Origin: Candidatus Latescibacterota bacterium | GTDB taxonomy: Bacteria > Latescibacterota > UBA2968 > UBA8231 | DNA: 64,000 nt | Assembly: GCA_965223905.1 (NCBI GenBank) | Contig: CBDCXV010000010.1 | Coordinates: 320,001-384,000, forward strand | Direction: 5' to 3' | Part shown: positions 42,985 through 54,213 of the stretch, one piece after another | Layout: each line of letters begins with the position of its first letter | Numbering within the stretch: the stretch's first letter is position 1 | Notes under the pieces: model-generated | Told to the model about the DNA's origin: nothing | The model's database searches: none | What the model saw: the letters and a program-made list of their open reading frames with translations, nothing else | Translations under genes and position numbers: made by a program

Positions 42985-43896
42985 ATGAGCGTCATTCGCA
43001 CCGAGAATCTGGGAAAGACCTACAAGGGGGGCACGGCCGCTCTGCGGGGGCTCGATCTCGAGGTGAACGCCGGCGAGGTGTTTGGCTTTCTCGGGCCCAA
43101 CGGCGCCGGTAAGTCTACGACCATTCAGCTGCTACTGAATTTCATCCGGCCCAGCTCGGGGACGGCCTATCTGTTTGATCAACCCGTTGCCTGCACGCGG
43201 ACCCGGCAAAGGCTCGGTTACCTGCCCGAGTCTGTAAACCTGCACAGCTACTACAGCGGCCAGCGCCTGCTCGAATTCTACGGCGGGCTGCTGGGGATCC
43301 AACGGGCAGACCGTTCACGGCGGGCCGCGGAGCTGCTCGAACGCGTGGGGCTGGTGGAGGCGGCTGGTCAGACGATTTCGAACTACTCCCAGGGTATGAC
43401 GCAGCGTCTGGGGCTGGCGCAGGCGCTGCTCAACGATCCCGAGCTGCTGATTCTCGATGAGCCCACCTCCAATCTCGACCCGGTCGCGCGACGGGATTTC
43501 CGCGATATTCTGCTGGAGCACAAGTCGAGTGGAAAAACGGTGTTCATTTGTTCGCACATCCTCTCCGAAGTCGAATCGGTGTGCGACCGGGTGGCAATTC
43601 TGCAACAGGGCGAGCTGAAAAAGGTAGGGACCTTGGAGGAGTTGTCTGCCGCCAAGGGGTCGAGGATCGTGGTCAGGGATCTGCCGACGCGGGCCATAGA
43701 GGCGTTGTCCGCCACGGCTGCGCGAATGACGATAGAAGGGGGAGTAACCACCATCGAGTGTGACGACGAGGCGGTGCGTCGCGACGTGGATCGCGTGTTG
43801 GCACAGGGCGGCGTAGGTGTCGAACGCGTCGAAACCGAGACGCAGTCGCTGGAGGAGATCTTCTTCGGCGTCATCGGCCGGGAGGGGGCGTCATGA
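42985..43896 (+). CDS. ABC transporter ATP-binding protein
   Basis: GPNGAGKST, YSQGM, LILDEPT and SH motifs. Confidence 0.92.
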   Translation: MSVIRTENLGKTYKGGTAALRGLDLEVNAGEVFGFLGPNGAGKSTTIQLLLNFIRPSSGTAYLFDQPVACTRTRQRLGYLPESVNLHSYYSGQRLLEFYGGLLGIQRADRSRRAAELLERVGLVEAAGQTISNYSQGMTQRLGLAQALLNDPELLILDEPTSNLDPVARRDFRDILLEHKSSGKTVFICSHILSEVESVCDRVAILQQGELKKVGTLEELSAAKGSRIVVRDLPTRAIEALSATAARMTIEGGVTTIECDDEAVRRDVDRVLAQGGVGVERVETETQSLEEIFFGVIGREGAS

Positions 43897-44696
43897 GAGC
43901 CGTGCTCCTGATCGCTGCCGACAGCATCCGAGCTCTGCTGCATCAGCGTCTGCTGGTGGCGCTCATGCTGGTCACGCTGGGTTTGACCGTCGTGTTCTCG
44001 GTGCTGTTCACCGAAGCGAAGGACTTTTGGCTCCAGATGGGCGACGCCGCCGCCGCCGCGCAGGAGAGCGGCGAAAAGGAGGAAGCCCTGGGGCAGATGC
44101 GTCAGGGCATGGACATGATGGGATCCGTGTTCCTGTCGGGGTTCTACTGGTTCACCGCCCTTGGAGGTACACTGGTGGCGCTATTCATCTGCTCCACCGC
44201 GGTGACGACCGACCTCCGTCGTGGGACCATCCGCATCACCCTCTCAAAACCGGTGTCTCGAGCGCAGTTTCTCTTGGGCAAATACTGCGGTGCGGTCGCG
44301 GTCATGTTGTGCTACTCGATATTGATCGGCGTTGCCCTGGTGATCTTCGCCCACGCCAATCACCTGGACCTGAACCTGGCAACCCGCTACGCCCCCTGGC
44401 TCATGCTCTGCCACAATCTCATGGCCGGATCGGTGGCCATGCTCCTGTCGCTCCTGGTGCACCCCCTCATCGCCGCTGTTGTGGCCTACTTCGCCAGCGC
44501 CAGTTTCCTGTCGTCGCCCAATCCTCTCTATTTCATCCTGCCGAGCTACGATCGCTACAACGTCTTCATGCTCATCCTCGGGGGAAAGCTGATCGCCCTG
44601 GAGGACATCGTAATGCTCACGCTCTACGCCTTCGATGTTTCGGCGATCTTCCTGCTGCTGGCGCTGTGGCGGTTTCGTTCCAAGGAGCTGTTGTAG
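43893..44696 (+). CDS. ABC-2 type transporter permease
   Basis: Multiple TM segments and GTIRITLSKPVSRAQFLLGKY. Confidence 0.85.
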   Translation: MRAVLLIAADSIRALLHQRLLVALMLVTLGLTVVFSVLFTEAKDFWLQMGDAAAAAQESGEKEEALGQMRQGMDMMGSVFLSGFYWFTALGGTLVALFICSTAVTTDLRRGTIRITLSKPVSRAQFLLGKYCGAVAVMLCYSILIGVALVIFAHANHLDLNLATRYAPWLMLCHNLMAGSVAMLLSLLVHPLIAAVVAYFASASFLSSPNPLYFILPSYDRYNVFMLILGGKLIALEDIVMLTLYAFDVSAIFLLLALWRFRSKELL

Positions 44697-44715
44697 GCGG
44701 GCCCGGGGCCCTCGC

Positions 44716-44898
44716 ATGAACGTCAGACCTATACCTTCCCGCCTGACCCTACCGCTGCTAACTGCGGCTCTCGCGACCATCTACTATGGGTCGGCGCGAC
44801 TCGGCCTGTTGCTGGCATTTGAGAACACGAACGCGTCTCCGGTGTGGCCGCCCTCGGGCATCGCATTCGCAACCCTTCTGCTCTTCGGATATCGAAAA
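44716..44898 (+). pseudogene. MASE1-domain gene truncated by an oriIS junction
   Basis: YYGSARLGL...ASPVWPPSGIAFATLLLFGYR ends at the oriIS. Confidence 0.75.
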
Positions 44899-45867
44899 GT
44901 ATAGGTAAAATGAGGCACCTTTTTTGGACTCTCGGTCAAAGGCGGACAGCGCACCGCCAGGGTCAGGCAGCTCCCGGAGGATCGTTTGCCAATCCTTCGA
45001 CCGAGCTCGCAGTCCGGTCTGGTTGCCTGTAGGCCCGTATCCGCATCAATTCGGGGCCTGAGGGACCGTTGAGGGCACACCCGTCGCCGTACGCCCGGCG
45101 ACGGCGACGGGTCGAGAAGGCAGGTCAGGCGGCGAACTCGAACAGCGGCTCAGGCGGGGCCCTCGGCGGGGGCATCGCCGGCAGCCCTACCCCCTCCAGA
45201 CAGGTCCGGATCGAAGCCGGATCGGTCCGGGCGGCGATGATTCTCAGGCGACCGCCACAGGCCGCGCATTCGCTGAGGTCGGAGGAAAACACCCGCGCCA
45301 GCAGGGTCGCCCACCGCAGCCGATGGCCGCAGGACGCAGCGCTCGCCGAGCCGTCCGCCGCCGCCGACGGCTCGGCAACCGGCTGGGCCGGCACGATGCG
45401 CTCGCGGGCCCGGGCCCAGGGCGCCAGGACCCCGTGGTAGCGCAGGAGATGAAACCGGGGCGGGGGAACCAGAGCCGCCCGCTTCTCCAGCAGTTCCATC
45501 GGAGAGAGCAGAAGAGGGCGGGTCCCATCCGACCACGGCGTTTTGAGCGCGAAGGAAAGATGGTCGGCATCGAGAATGCGCAGACGCCCCCCCGCCAGGG
45601 CCCGGCCGGGCCACGTAGCGGCACAAGCGTTCGAGCCCGCGCCGGTCAGGGCCTGCGATCCGCGTTGCCGCAGGCAGGGAAAAGCCGCGCGAAGCAAAGC
45701 ACAAGGGCGCCGTACGCACCCCGGTGGCCGGATCTTTCAGGACCCGGCGCAGGCGTTGGCCGGCGCCTGCCCCGGTGGCGGTGAGCCCTCGCACCGAAGC
45801 CGCGGTGAGAGCCGCCAGCACCGGCTCCTCGTCGGCGAGCGGATCGGCTGCGGTGTCGTCGAGCAGG
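44899..45867 (-). mobile_element. ISCR/IS91-like remnant 3: oriIS + 3' ~half of transposase
   Basis: Near-identical to element 2 from LLDDTAAD to FEFAA*. Confidence 0.9.
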
Positions 45868-46526
45868 GCACCCACATAGACTATGGGATGCGTCCCCTGG
45901 CTCAATTTAATGTTTTCCCGCGGATTAAATACGAGACTGGTGGTTAGATCGGGCATACTTTCCGTTATGGTCGTGCCCCCTCCTCCTACACCAGGAGGTA
46001 TTTCAAATGTCATTACGTAATCATCGTAATATGGCAAATGCGCCCCATGCAATAGATATTCCACGCCTAGTACTTCTATATCGTCAATATTGTCATGGAG
46101 ATGCCTCGTATTGACAATTACATGAATTCTCTGCCAGTCGCCCTCATGTCTGTTCCACCAGTGATTGTAGGGATAGAAGTAGAGATATTGAATTACAGTG
46201 ATGTCTCCCAACATATCGTGATTGCTGATATCGTATACATACACGTAGGCTGTATTCGGGAAGTTATCGCCCGCGTGAGGTCCGTCGCCAAAGTACGTGC
46301 CATTCCATCCGGGGGTTATGAGGTAATCTGGTCCATCCGGAAAAGGATTCGGGACCTTTTTCCCTTCTGGTTTCACACCGGGATAATCAAAGTAAGGAAC
46401 TACTTTGTAAAAGCCATTTTTAAAACCAGGGGGAGCACCGATGTATTCGAAGGGAGAGATCTCGGCGAAGGAGTTCCTGGCGAGAATGTCGAATACGGTT
46501 AACGCTATCGACCTCGTTTTGATCAT
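45868..46526 (-). pseudogene. Low-GC fragment of a Vps62/NPP1-like protein fused in frame to the transposase remnant
   Basis: IQYLYFYPYN...HEGDWQ...HG...THPIVYVG motif pattern. Confidence 0.5.
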
Positions 46527-46767
46527 GATCCGTGAAACGCTTAAACAAAAAGAAGGAGGTGAACGAGAAGGCTGTCAGCGGCTGGATGAGAAAGCCGGTA
46601 CGGGCTTACCAGAAGATCAAGGTGTGTGGGTGTCAGCTCAGCGAAGTCGCAATCGGCCGCGCGACGTCGCTACGGCAGCCCTGGCGAAATGTTCGTTCAG
46701 GATGTCTGGAAGGCTCTCGATAATGGCGAGATCATCGACGCGAAAAGTCGGATCGCGTTGCGGTGGC

Positions 46768-48924
46768 TCAGGAATCGGAACTCCCAATGCTGACCGGCTG
46801 TGTCGTCGGCCGAAGGGCCGTTGGAGTCATCTCCTTGTCCCAGCTGGCCAGCTGGGACATCATCTCGAACAGGTTTATCAGCGCCGCGAGCGATTCCACG
46901 CTCGCAGTCTCTTCCTTCTTCGACAACGGCACGGTGAAATCCCTGCACACCCTGATGAACTTCAGTTTTTTCGCTCTGGCGAACTCGCCATCTTTCTTAG
47001 AGTCTCCCACGAACACCACCTCTTCGGGTTTCAGCCCGTGGTCTTGTAGGATGGCGGTGATCTGTCTCCCTTTGTCAAACCCGGCTTTATAGCCAAACAC
47101 TCCATCTATCTGGTCCTGGAGTCCCGTCCGTGCCGCGTACTCCTCGACCAGCTCGACCCGAGTGCTGCTGCACACAAATGTGTTGAGCCCTTTTTGTTTC
47201 AAGTATGACAGGGTTGGGATGGCATCGCGGAACAGAGGCAGAGCAAAAATCCCATTACTCTTGCGCGCCTCGAACTGCTCCGCCACCTCTGCGTTCCTTT
47301 TGTGCTTTGGGAACATCTCCTCCACTTGGTCCGCAAACGGAAGCCCCGAGGTCTCCAAATACTGACTTCGGACTCTGGCCGCTGTGATGGAGTAATTCCG
47401 CGTGATCAATTCGGTAGCCAACTCGGTGAGGAAGGGCATCGTGTCGGCCAGAGTCCCGTCAAAGTCGAACACGACTGCCTTGACTCCCATGCCTGTAGCT
47501 GGGGTCACGGGTTGATAAGCTGAATCCTGGCGTTGGGACACGCCGTGACCCTTCGTCTGTCTCCACGAAAACAGCATCCGCCAGATAACGATGAGGTTCG
47601 TGTGCACCGCTGTGAGCGCCACTCCCAGCATCGCAAAGCCGGGGTGGAACCACGTCGCCAGCCCACAGCAGAAGAGCAAGAAGAGACGCACATCACGTCC
47701 TCGCCCTGCTGCGATCCATTTTCCCGTGTACTTGTGATTCAAGTTGACGACAGACTTAGCCGATGTATAGCTCACCATCAAATGGCCGACAATCGCCATC
47801 ACTGCGATGGCGAAGATCGCCACTGGATTCCACACGAGCCCGATGACCTCCCGGCCTCCGAGCTCCGACAGGGCATAGAAGGTGAGCCCGGCAAACATCA
47901 GACTATCTGCGTACCGATCGAGGACAGCGTCAAAGTAGTCCCCCATTTTGGATTGCAGATGCTTGAGCCGCGCAACTTCCCCATCACACCCGTCCAGAAT
48001 ACTGGAAAGCTGCATCACCACGGCGCCAGCGATCGCCTCGCCAGCGAAGAAGCACGCACTGCTCAAGGCGGCGACGACAAAGCTCACCACCGAAACTTGA
48101 TTAGGCGTAATAGCCGGGCAGAGCTTTAGAAGCAGAGGTGTGAGCAATCGGCTCGAAAGGGGCCGGTTTATGTAACGGGAAACCCAACCGTCAGCTGCTT
48201 TGGTCGACAGGTTCGACAACAGCTCGTGCTCGGCCTTGAAGAGCGCGGCCTCGTCGTCGACGTCCATCCAGAACCGCCCCTGTATGTCGAATGCCGCTAC
48301 CTTACCGCGATCAGCCAGGAGCTGGACAGCCCCCGACAGAGAGGTGTCGTCGCAGGCACGAATACAGGTCTTGATCGCCTTGAAAAGAGCGGGGGAGCAC
48401 AGGAAAATGCCTGCGTCGTACGCGTTGTACCGAGAAATTTGTTTGCCGATTTTGAGGATTCTTCCACCGTTGGCGAGTACGTTCGTCACATCATCCGGAT
48501 CCGCTCGGCCATTCGTGGCCAGGTCGTAATCTACTGCCAAGCGTACGTCGGCATTTCCCAGCGGCTCGCAGAGGAGTCTTTTGAGGATCTCCTCATCGAA
48601 GACGTGGTCTGCCATGAGCAAGACGAAATCGCCTTCCAGCAGATGGGCAGCCTTTAAAACCGACAGACCGTTTCCCTCTTGCCAGTCTTCGTTGATGACC
48701 GGCGTGATCCGCACGTTCATCTTCTGGCTCAGCTCGTCCAGAAAGGACCGAACCATCTCTCCTTGGTAACCCGTTACCACGTAGAGATCGGTCAGTCCAC
48801 TTCTGACTGCCGTACGAATTGTCCGTTCGACGAGCGGCATGCCCAGCAGGGGCACGAGCGGCTTTGAGGGCCCTCTGCGGGATAACCGGCTCCCCCTGCC
48901 GGCGGCGATAATGAGGCATTTCAT
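46768..48924 (-). CDS. Three-domain IPCT-like cytidylyltransferase / CDP-alcohol phosphatidyltransferase (DIPPS-like) / HAD phosphatase
   Basis: IIAAGRGSRL..SKP, LMADH, DGCDGEVAR...G..FD..LDR, FDFDGTL and FVGDS..D motifs. Confidence 0.82.
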   Translation of the reverse strand: MKCLIIAAGRGSRLSRRGPSKPLVPLLGMPLVERTIRTAVRSGLTDLYVVTGYQGEMVRSFLDELSQKMNVRITPVINEDWQEGNGLSVLKAAHLLEGDFVLLMADHVFDEEILKRLLCEPLGNADVRLAVDYDLATNGRADPDDVTNVLANGGRILKIGKQISRYNAYDAGIFLCSPALFKAIKTCIRACDDTSLSGAVQLLADRGKVAAFDIQGRFWMDVDDEAALFKAEHELLSNLSTKAADGWVSRYINRPLSSRLLTPLLLKLCPAITPNQVSVVSFVVAALSSACFFAGEAIAGAVVMQLSSILDGCDGEVARLKHLQSKMGDYFDAVLDRYADSLMFAGLTFYALSELGGREVIGLVWNPVAIFAIAVMAIVGHLMVSYTSAKSVVNLNHKYTGKWIAAGRGRDVRLFLLFCCGLATWFHPGFAMLGVALTAVHTNLIVIWRMLFSWRQTKGHGVSQRQDSAYQPVTPATGMGVKAVVFDFDGTLADTMPFLTELATELITRNYSITAARVRSQYLETSGLPFADQVEEMFPKHKRNAEVAEQFEARKSNGIFALPLFRDAIPTLSYLKQKGLNTFVCSSTRVELVEEYAARTGLQDQIDGVFGYKAGFDKGRQITAILQDHGLKPEEVVFVGDSKKDGEFARAKKLKFIRVCRDFTVPLSKKEETASVESLAALINLFEMMSQLASWDKEMTPTALRPTTQPVSIGSSDS

Positions 48925-49577
48925 GTGTGGGACGAACTCCTCGCGTGCGGTCATTTTTCCTTTGACAGTTGAGGACAGAAGGGGCAATCTTGGGGGCGGA
49001 GACATGAAAGGGCGCAAAAACCCCCTTCACTAGCCTCCACCCGGTCGTTAGTCCGCGCCCCTCCCCGGTCAGCGACTAACGGCCGTTTTGTTTAGATTTC
49101 CGCGACGACCGAGACCACGGAGGCTCTCCTCGATCAAGAGCCCTCTCTCGGCGACGGCTGATCGCCCGAATAAAAACAAAATCCGCACGGGCCTTCCTCG
49201 GCAGCGCGGGCGTTTGGGTAGGCTAGGTGGTCTCGCTTATGACCGCGACCGGTCCTCTCGGTCGCTTAGCGAAGGCCCCCAGATATCAGATCCGGCAGCT
49301 ATTAGCCGGAACGCCTCGTTTCGAATACGCACCCTCTGGTGACGAAAACCGCCACAACCTGAGCCGAAGAAGCCACAGCTGTCTCCTCCGTTATCTGTCA
49401 CCTGGATAGCGGAGGAGGTAGCGTACTCTGTATCGGCTTTTGAGTTTACCAGACACTGCGCCCAGTCGAACGCTGGATGCCGTTGAAGGTTGAAATTAGA
49501 AAACACGCTCGGAGGCGTCAAGGGGGTCGTTTCGGTCCTGGGCTGAGACGCCAATCCCGCCCGTCAATATCAACATA

Positions 49578-49685
49578 ACTATCGAATATTATCTAACGTC
49601 AATTCGGATGGGTCTCCCCCTTCTTATCATGACTATCGAATATTATCTAACTTATCATGCGTCAATTCGGATGGGTCTCCCCCTT
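49578..49685. repeat. Rearranged direct repeat A-B-c-A-c-B
   Basis: A=ACTATCGAATATTATCTAAC, B=GTCAATTCGGATGGGTCTCCCCCTT and c=CTTATCATG each occur twice. Confidence 0.85.
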
Positions 49686-49972
49686 GGTGCGACCGCAAGC
49701 TCAGCCGCCTAGCTGTTCGGGTTCGTCGCGTCCGTGAGCACGGAGCCTCTCGAAGCTGATGTCGCTCAGCAACTTTCAGAGGCTGACGAAATCTTCTGAG
49801 TGGCAGCTTGCAGGAACGATTCGACCTGAAGTTCAACGTCTATGATCCTTAAGGAATGGTCGTCGTTGGTGTTCACATCTTCCTCTCGTCCGTACGCCAA
49901 ATCACCCCGACCAGGAAGTACGGCAGGATCACAGCCTGAAACACTGGGCCGTCACGCCATCCCTGGATCCGT

Positions 49973-51040
49973 ATGAATAAGCCCAATGCAGTTGTCGTGG
50001 GTTACGGCTTCGCCGGCCGCTGCTTTCACGCCTACCTGGTTGGTATCACAGCAGATCTCAACCTGTACGGCGTCGTCTCCGGCCGTCCCGAGGCTCGCGA
50101 AGAAGTCCGCTCTCAGCTTGGCGTGAAAGCGTTCGAGCGTTTTGAAGAGGCTCTCGCCGATTCAAATGTCGACCTGGTTGTCCTCGCCACGCCCAACGAT
50201 ATCCACGCTCCGCAGGCCATAGCCGCCATGGAGGCTGGCAAGCACGTGGTCACGGACAAACCGATGTGTCTGAATCTACGAGAGGCAGACGATATGATCG
50301 CCGCCAGCCGCAGGACCGGACGTCTGCTCAGCATCTTTCAGAACCGGCGCTGGGATGGGGACTACCTCACTGTCCGGAAAGTGCTCGAGGAAGGCTTGAT
50401 CGGTGACCCGTACTACATCGAGATGGCATGGCAGCAGTACGGCCCTCCCCGGACCTGGCGCGGAGAAAGGCGGCGCGGCGGCGGCAAATTCGTGGATCTG
50501 GGAGCGCACATGATCGATCAAGCCCTCCAACTGATTCGCGCGTCCCTCGATCGGGTCTACGCCCGCTTTTTCTCGGAGGGGTGGCCGACCGAGGTGGAGG
50601 ACCACGCCCACTGTATTCTGAGTTTCGACAGCGGCGTCGATGTGCACGTTGTGACTTCGTCACTCACCACACACTCAAAGCCGAGATGGTACATATTGGG
50701 GACAAAGGGCGGACTCGTGAAGACGGGTCTGGATCCCCAGGAGAAGGCCATGGTCGCTGGAGATATCGACGCGGCCCGTGAGGATCCGGCCCACTATCCA
50801 CGGCTGTGGACGGCAGTCGCCGGGCAGCCGGCTGAGACCGTGATCGAACCCGTACCCGGACGGTGGCGGTCCTATTACGAGAATATCGCTGCAGCCATCC
50901 GAGGTACAGAGGAGCTGGCAGTCACCCCGGAAAGTGTCCGTGCCGTCATGGCTGTGTTGGAGGCGGCGCGCACATCAGTTGAGCGCGGTGAAGCAGTTTC
51001 GTTGGACGAAACAGCAGGCAGTAGCAGATCTGGCGCATAG
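49973..51040 (+). CDS. Gfo/Idh/MocA oxidoreductase (YdgJ/IolW-like)
   Basis: VVGYGFAG, GKHVVTDKP, FQNRRWDGDY and DLGAHMIDQA motifs. Confidence 0.9.
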   Translation: MNKPNAVVVGYGFAGRCFHAYLVGITADLNLYGVVSGRPEAREEVRSQLGVKAFERFEEALADSNVDLVVLATPNDIHAPQAIAAMEAGKHVVTDKPMCLNLREADDMIAASRRTGRLLSIFQNRRWDGDYLTVRKVLEEGLIGDPYYIEMAWQQYGPPRTWRGERRRGGGKFVDLGAHMIDQALQLIRASLDRVYARFFSEGWPTEVEDHAHCILSFDSGVDVHVVTSSLTTHSKPRWYILGTKGGLVKTGLDPQEKAMVAGDIDAAREDPAHYPRLWTAVAGQPAETVIEPVPGRWRSYYENIAAAIRGTEELAVTPESVRAVMAVLEAARTSVERGEAVSLDETAGSSRSGA

Positions 51041-51065
51041 CGCCACATTCCCGCATCACCATCAA

Positions 51066-51652
51066 GTATAGGTAAAATGAGGCACCTTTTTTGGACTCTC
51101 GGTCAAGGCGGACAGCGCACCGCCAGGGTCAGGCAGCTCCCGGAGGATCGTTTGCCAGTCCTTCGACCGAGCTCGCAGTACAGTTTGGTTGCCTGTCGGC
51201 CCGTATCCGGATCAATTCGGGGCCTGAGGGACCGTTGAGGGCACACCCCGCCGTACGCCCGGCGACGGCCACGGGTCGAGAAGGCAGGTCAGGCGGCGAA
51301 CTCGAACAGCGGCTCAGGCGGGGCCCTCGGCGGGGGCATCGCCGGCAGCCCTACCCCCTCCAGACAGGTCCGGATCGAAGCCGGATCGGTCCGGGCGGCG
51401 AGGATTCTCAGGCGACCGCCACAGGCCGCACATTCGCTGAGGTCGGAGGAAAACACCCGCGCCAGCAGGGTCGCCCACCGCAGCCGATGGCCGCAGGACG
51501 CAGGGCTCGCCGAGCCGTCCGCCGCCGACGGCTCGGCAACCGGCTTGGCCGGCACGATGCGCTCGCGGGCCCGGGGCCGGGGCGCCAGGACCCCGTGGTA
51601 GCGCAGGAGATGAAACCGGGGCGGGGGAACCAGAGCCGCCCGCTTCTCCAGC
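51066..51652 (-). mobile_element. ISCR/IS91-like remnant 4
   Basis: oriIS plus transposase from LEKRAALV to FEFAA*. Confidence 0.9.
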
Positions 51653-52044
51653 GTCTCGATGCGGATGTACGCCATCCCCTCCCCCTTCAGATGCTCGATG
51701 GCCGTCTCCACCAGTTTCAGCCCGATCCCCTTTCTCTGATGCCGCGGTAGCACAGCGTAGTTTGGAATCCCGCCTATTTTGGCTTCTTCGTCTACGCGGG
51801 TAGTGATGTAGCCCACCACCTCGCCGTCGACCTCAGCGACGAACATTCCGTCAGCATGCGCATCCACGTCCGCGTCGATATGCCGCTTCTTGCGCCAGCG
51901 CCAGCCGTGACCGGCGATCGGGCCGAACTCCTTCTCGATGTTCTGATCGATGGAGACACCGTCGAAGCAGATGGCGGTGATTTCTTTGACGATGTCGAGA
52001 TCGGCGTCGGTGCACTTCCTGTCGGTGCACTTCCTTATGTTCAT
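51289..52044 (-). CDS. GNAT acetyltransferase fused in frame to the ISCR transposase C-terminus
   Basis: FVAEVDGEVVGY and AVLPRHQRKGIG, then IETLE|KRAALVPPPRF. Confidence 0.75.
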   Translation of the reverse strand: MNIRKCTDRKCTDADLDIVKEITAICFDGVSIDQNIEKEFGPIAGHGWRWRKKRHIDADVDAHADGMFVAEVDGEVVGYITTRVDEEAKIGGIPNYAVLPRHQRKGIGLKLVETAIEHLKGEGMAYIRIETLEKRAALVPPPRFHLLRYHGVLAPRPRARERIVPAKPVAEPSAADGSASPASCGHRLRWATLLARVFSSDLSECAACGGRLRILAARTDPASIRTCLEGVGLPAMPPPRAPPEPLFEFAA

Positions 52045-52062
52045 GTCGTTTTCCGCTCGCGC

Positions 52063-52417
52063 CTACTGCCTCTGCACCAGTTCGATCAGCAACCCGTCCG
52101 GATCCCTCGCGCATACGACGCCGCCGTTTTCGTACATGAACGGGTCCGACACGAATTCCACACCTCGTCCCTGCAGTTGCGCCACCGTATCTTTCAGATC
52201 GGCCACGAAGAAAGTGATCCAGCGAACGCCGGCAGAGAAATCCCCGGAGCCCGAGGCCGGCGGCGACTCGATCTGCATCAGCTTGAGCAGGGTGTCACCC
52301 GCTTGGAGCCGCACCTGGCGGAAACCGCTGGGCGCCAGCCCCACCTGTGTGGCCAGTTCCGCGGAGATCTCCAGCTCCACGGCGATCTCGAATCCAAGCT
52401 GATCGCGATAAAACTCC
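52063..52417 (-). pseudogene. 5'-truncated copy of the VOC/glyoxalase gene
   Basis: Identical to 55211-55565 but lacking the first ~22 codons. Confidence 0.85.
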
Positions 52418-52924
52418 GCGTCCTGAGAAGAAGGGACGATCGACAACGGCCCTGAGCTTGGATACCTTTCGCCGGCGCTACCTGCGCGTGCCCTCGCGTA
52501 GTACGTTCCACGGTCGGGCGGTCGGAGTGACCATCGCGCAAGCGATCGCCGCCCGCTGGTACCGTCTCTGGAGATTCCTTGCCACGCTCAAACCCGTCGA
52601 CATGATTACCGCATGACGCTTGGCCCGGGTCGGTCCATGTGATCGGCTCGCAACGCAGCGTCATCGAGGGCGCGTACAATTTCAAGAAAGGTCAGTAGGG
52701 TCAGGAGAGGACGGGTTTGCCTAAGAAGGAGACTATAGCAGACACTCTGCCTATGTGCTTATGCGAAATCGATCTTCGTAGCGGCGAGCTTCGCTTCATG
52801 GCACGTTGAATGAATAACAAGGGCTCAGGGGACAACCAACCCCCCGCAGAGTCCACCTTAACCCCGCTACCAGCTGTCCAAAGGATGGGGACCACCTCGT
52901 AGCAAACAGACAAGGGAGGCAATT

Positions 52925-53746
52925 GTGCAGATCAAATTCACTTTAAAGTTCACGGGTGCGGTATGGAGTGCAATTTTACTCCTACCAGTTGCGTGCACCA
53001 ACTCGAACGCTCCTGGCTCTCCGGTTTCCGACGGCAATGACGCTGATGAAAACCTCTCTCGGGTGTCCATTGAGAACCATGAAGTTGTGTTCAGCCTCGA
53101 CCGGGAGGATCTCACCATCGGGTCTGCGGTTTTTAGTGTGATTTGTTTTCAGAAAGCTCAAAATCGCGCGAATGAACAGACATTTACAGATTGCGATATC
53201 TTCAGAGTTAACGGTGTAGATCAACCAAGATTGTCTCACCCTATGCAACCAATCGACTTGAATACATTTCTGCTTACCGCTAAAGACATTGAATTCTCCT
53301 TGGACGGTGAAGCCTATCTCTGCTTGACAGTCAAACCCTGGTTTAATGAGATACCAAATGAGTCTGATTGGCATTACTATGCTGAGGGCAACGACCGCTA
53401 TTCCATGCTTTCATATTGTAGCGTGGATGAGATTCCAGATTGGGGCCGGGACAATGTCCGGGTCACGCAAAATCGGGTTCAATCCCTGGAGGAGTTCAAG
53501 CGAAGACTCTCGGCGCCAATTGAAATCTACACATCTGATAGAGCGCTACCGCCAAGGTTTGGGTCAACAGAATTCAAAGGAGGAGATTTGCGCAATGATG
53601 AGCTCAGGCAATGCGGGCACGCGATCCCCATGCCAGCGGGTAGAATTCCAGAGAATCCATCATCAGAGCCAATCAGAATTCCGGTTGGTATCTACGCGGG
53701 ATGGCTTTTTGATGACAATACAACCTACCAGTGCCTGGAGGAGTAG
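52925..53746 (+). CDS. Hypothetical lipoprotein, low GC
   Basis: GGGAGG RBS and an LLLPVAC lipobox-like signal. Confidence 0.6.
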   Translation: MQIKFTLKFTGAVWSAILLLPVACTNSNAPGSPVSDGNDADENLSRVSIENHEVVFSLDREDLTIGSAVFSVICFQKAQNRANEQTFTDCDIFRVNGVDQPRLSHPMQPIDLNTFLLTAKDIEFSLDGEAYLCLTVKPWFNEIPNESDWHYYAEGNDRYSMLSYCSVDEIPDWGRDNVRVTQNRVQSLEEFKRRLSAPIEIYTSDRALPPRFGSTEFKGGDLRNDELRQCGHAIPMPAGRIPENPSSEPIRIPVGIYAGWLFDDNTTYQCLEE

Positions 53747-54213
53747 GGGACCGGGAGTGCTTGATCGACGGGTGAGCGCGTACTCAAATGGCTGCGAGAC
53801 TTCTCAGAATATACGTAAGTTCCACTTTCGCTACCACCCAGGTCCCGCTGCGGCGACTTCGCCGCCTTGGCCTCCGGAAACCTGGCTGCGCCAGGTTCCC
53901 AAACCGTGAGACGTTATGCGGAATTTTCAGGATAGAGACGAGGTGCATTGGAGTTGAGCCTAATTGACAAACTGCCAAGCCCCGAATGGGTCAGGAAGGA
54001 ATATGGGATTCTCTGGGATGGACAGTACTGCGACATGACCGGCAGTATCGCCCATGTTGTCAGGATCGAGCCAAAGAATGTTGGGGGATCCTATGTGGTT
54101 CGAATCTCCGATCCCAAGCGGATCTGCAGCGGCGGCTGTCGCTAGTTCACCGGTTCCAGACTCACCTGACCACTAGAGGTGTGCGGACCGTTCTGCCGCT
54201 GAAGGCCCTTAAA

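Larger units (their letters stand above)
51064..52417. repeat. Copy 1 of a 1354-bp direct duplication (oriIS + tnp remnant + GNAT + partial VOC)
   Basis: It matches 54212-55565 at a constant offset of 3148, and the ORF translations are identical. Confidence 0.95.
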
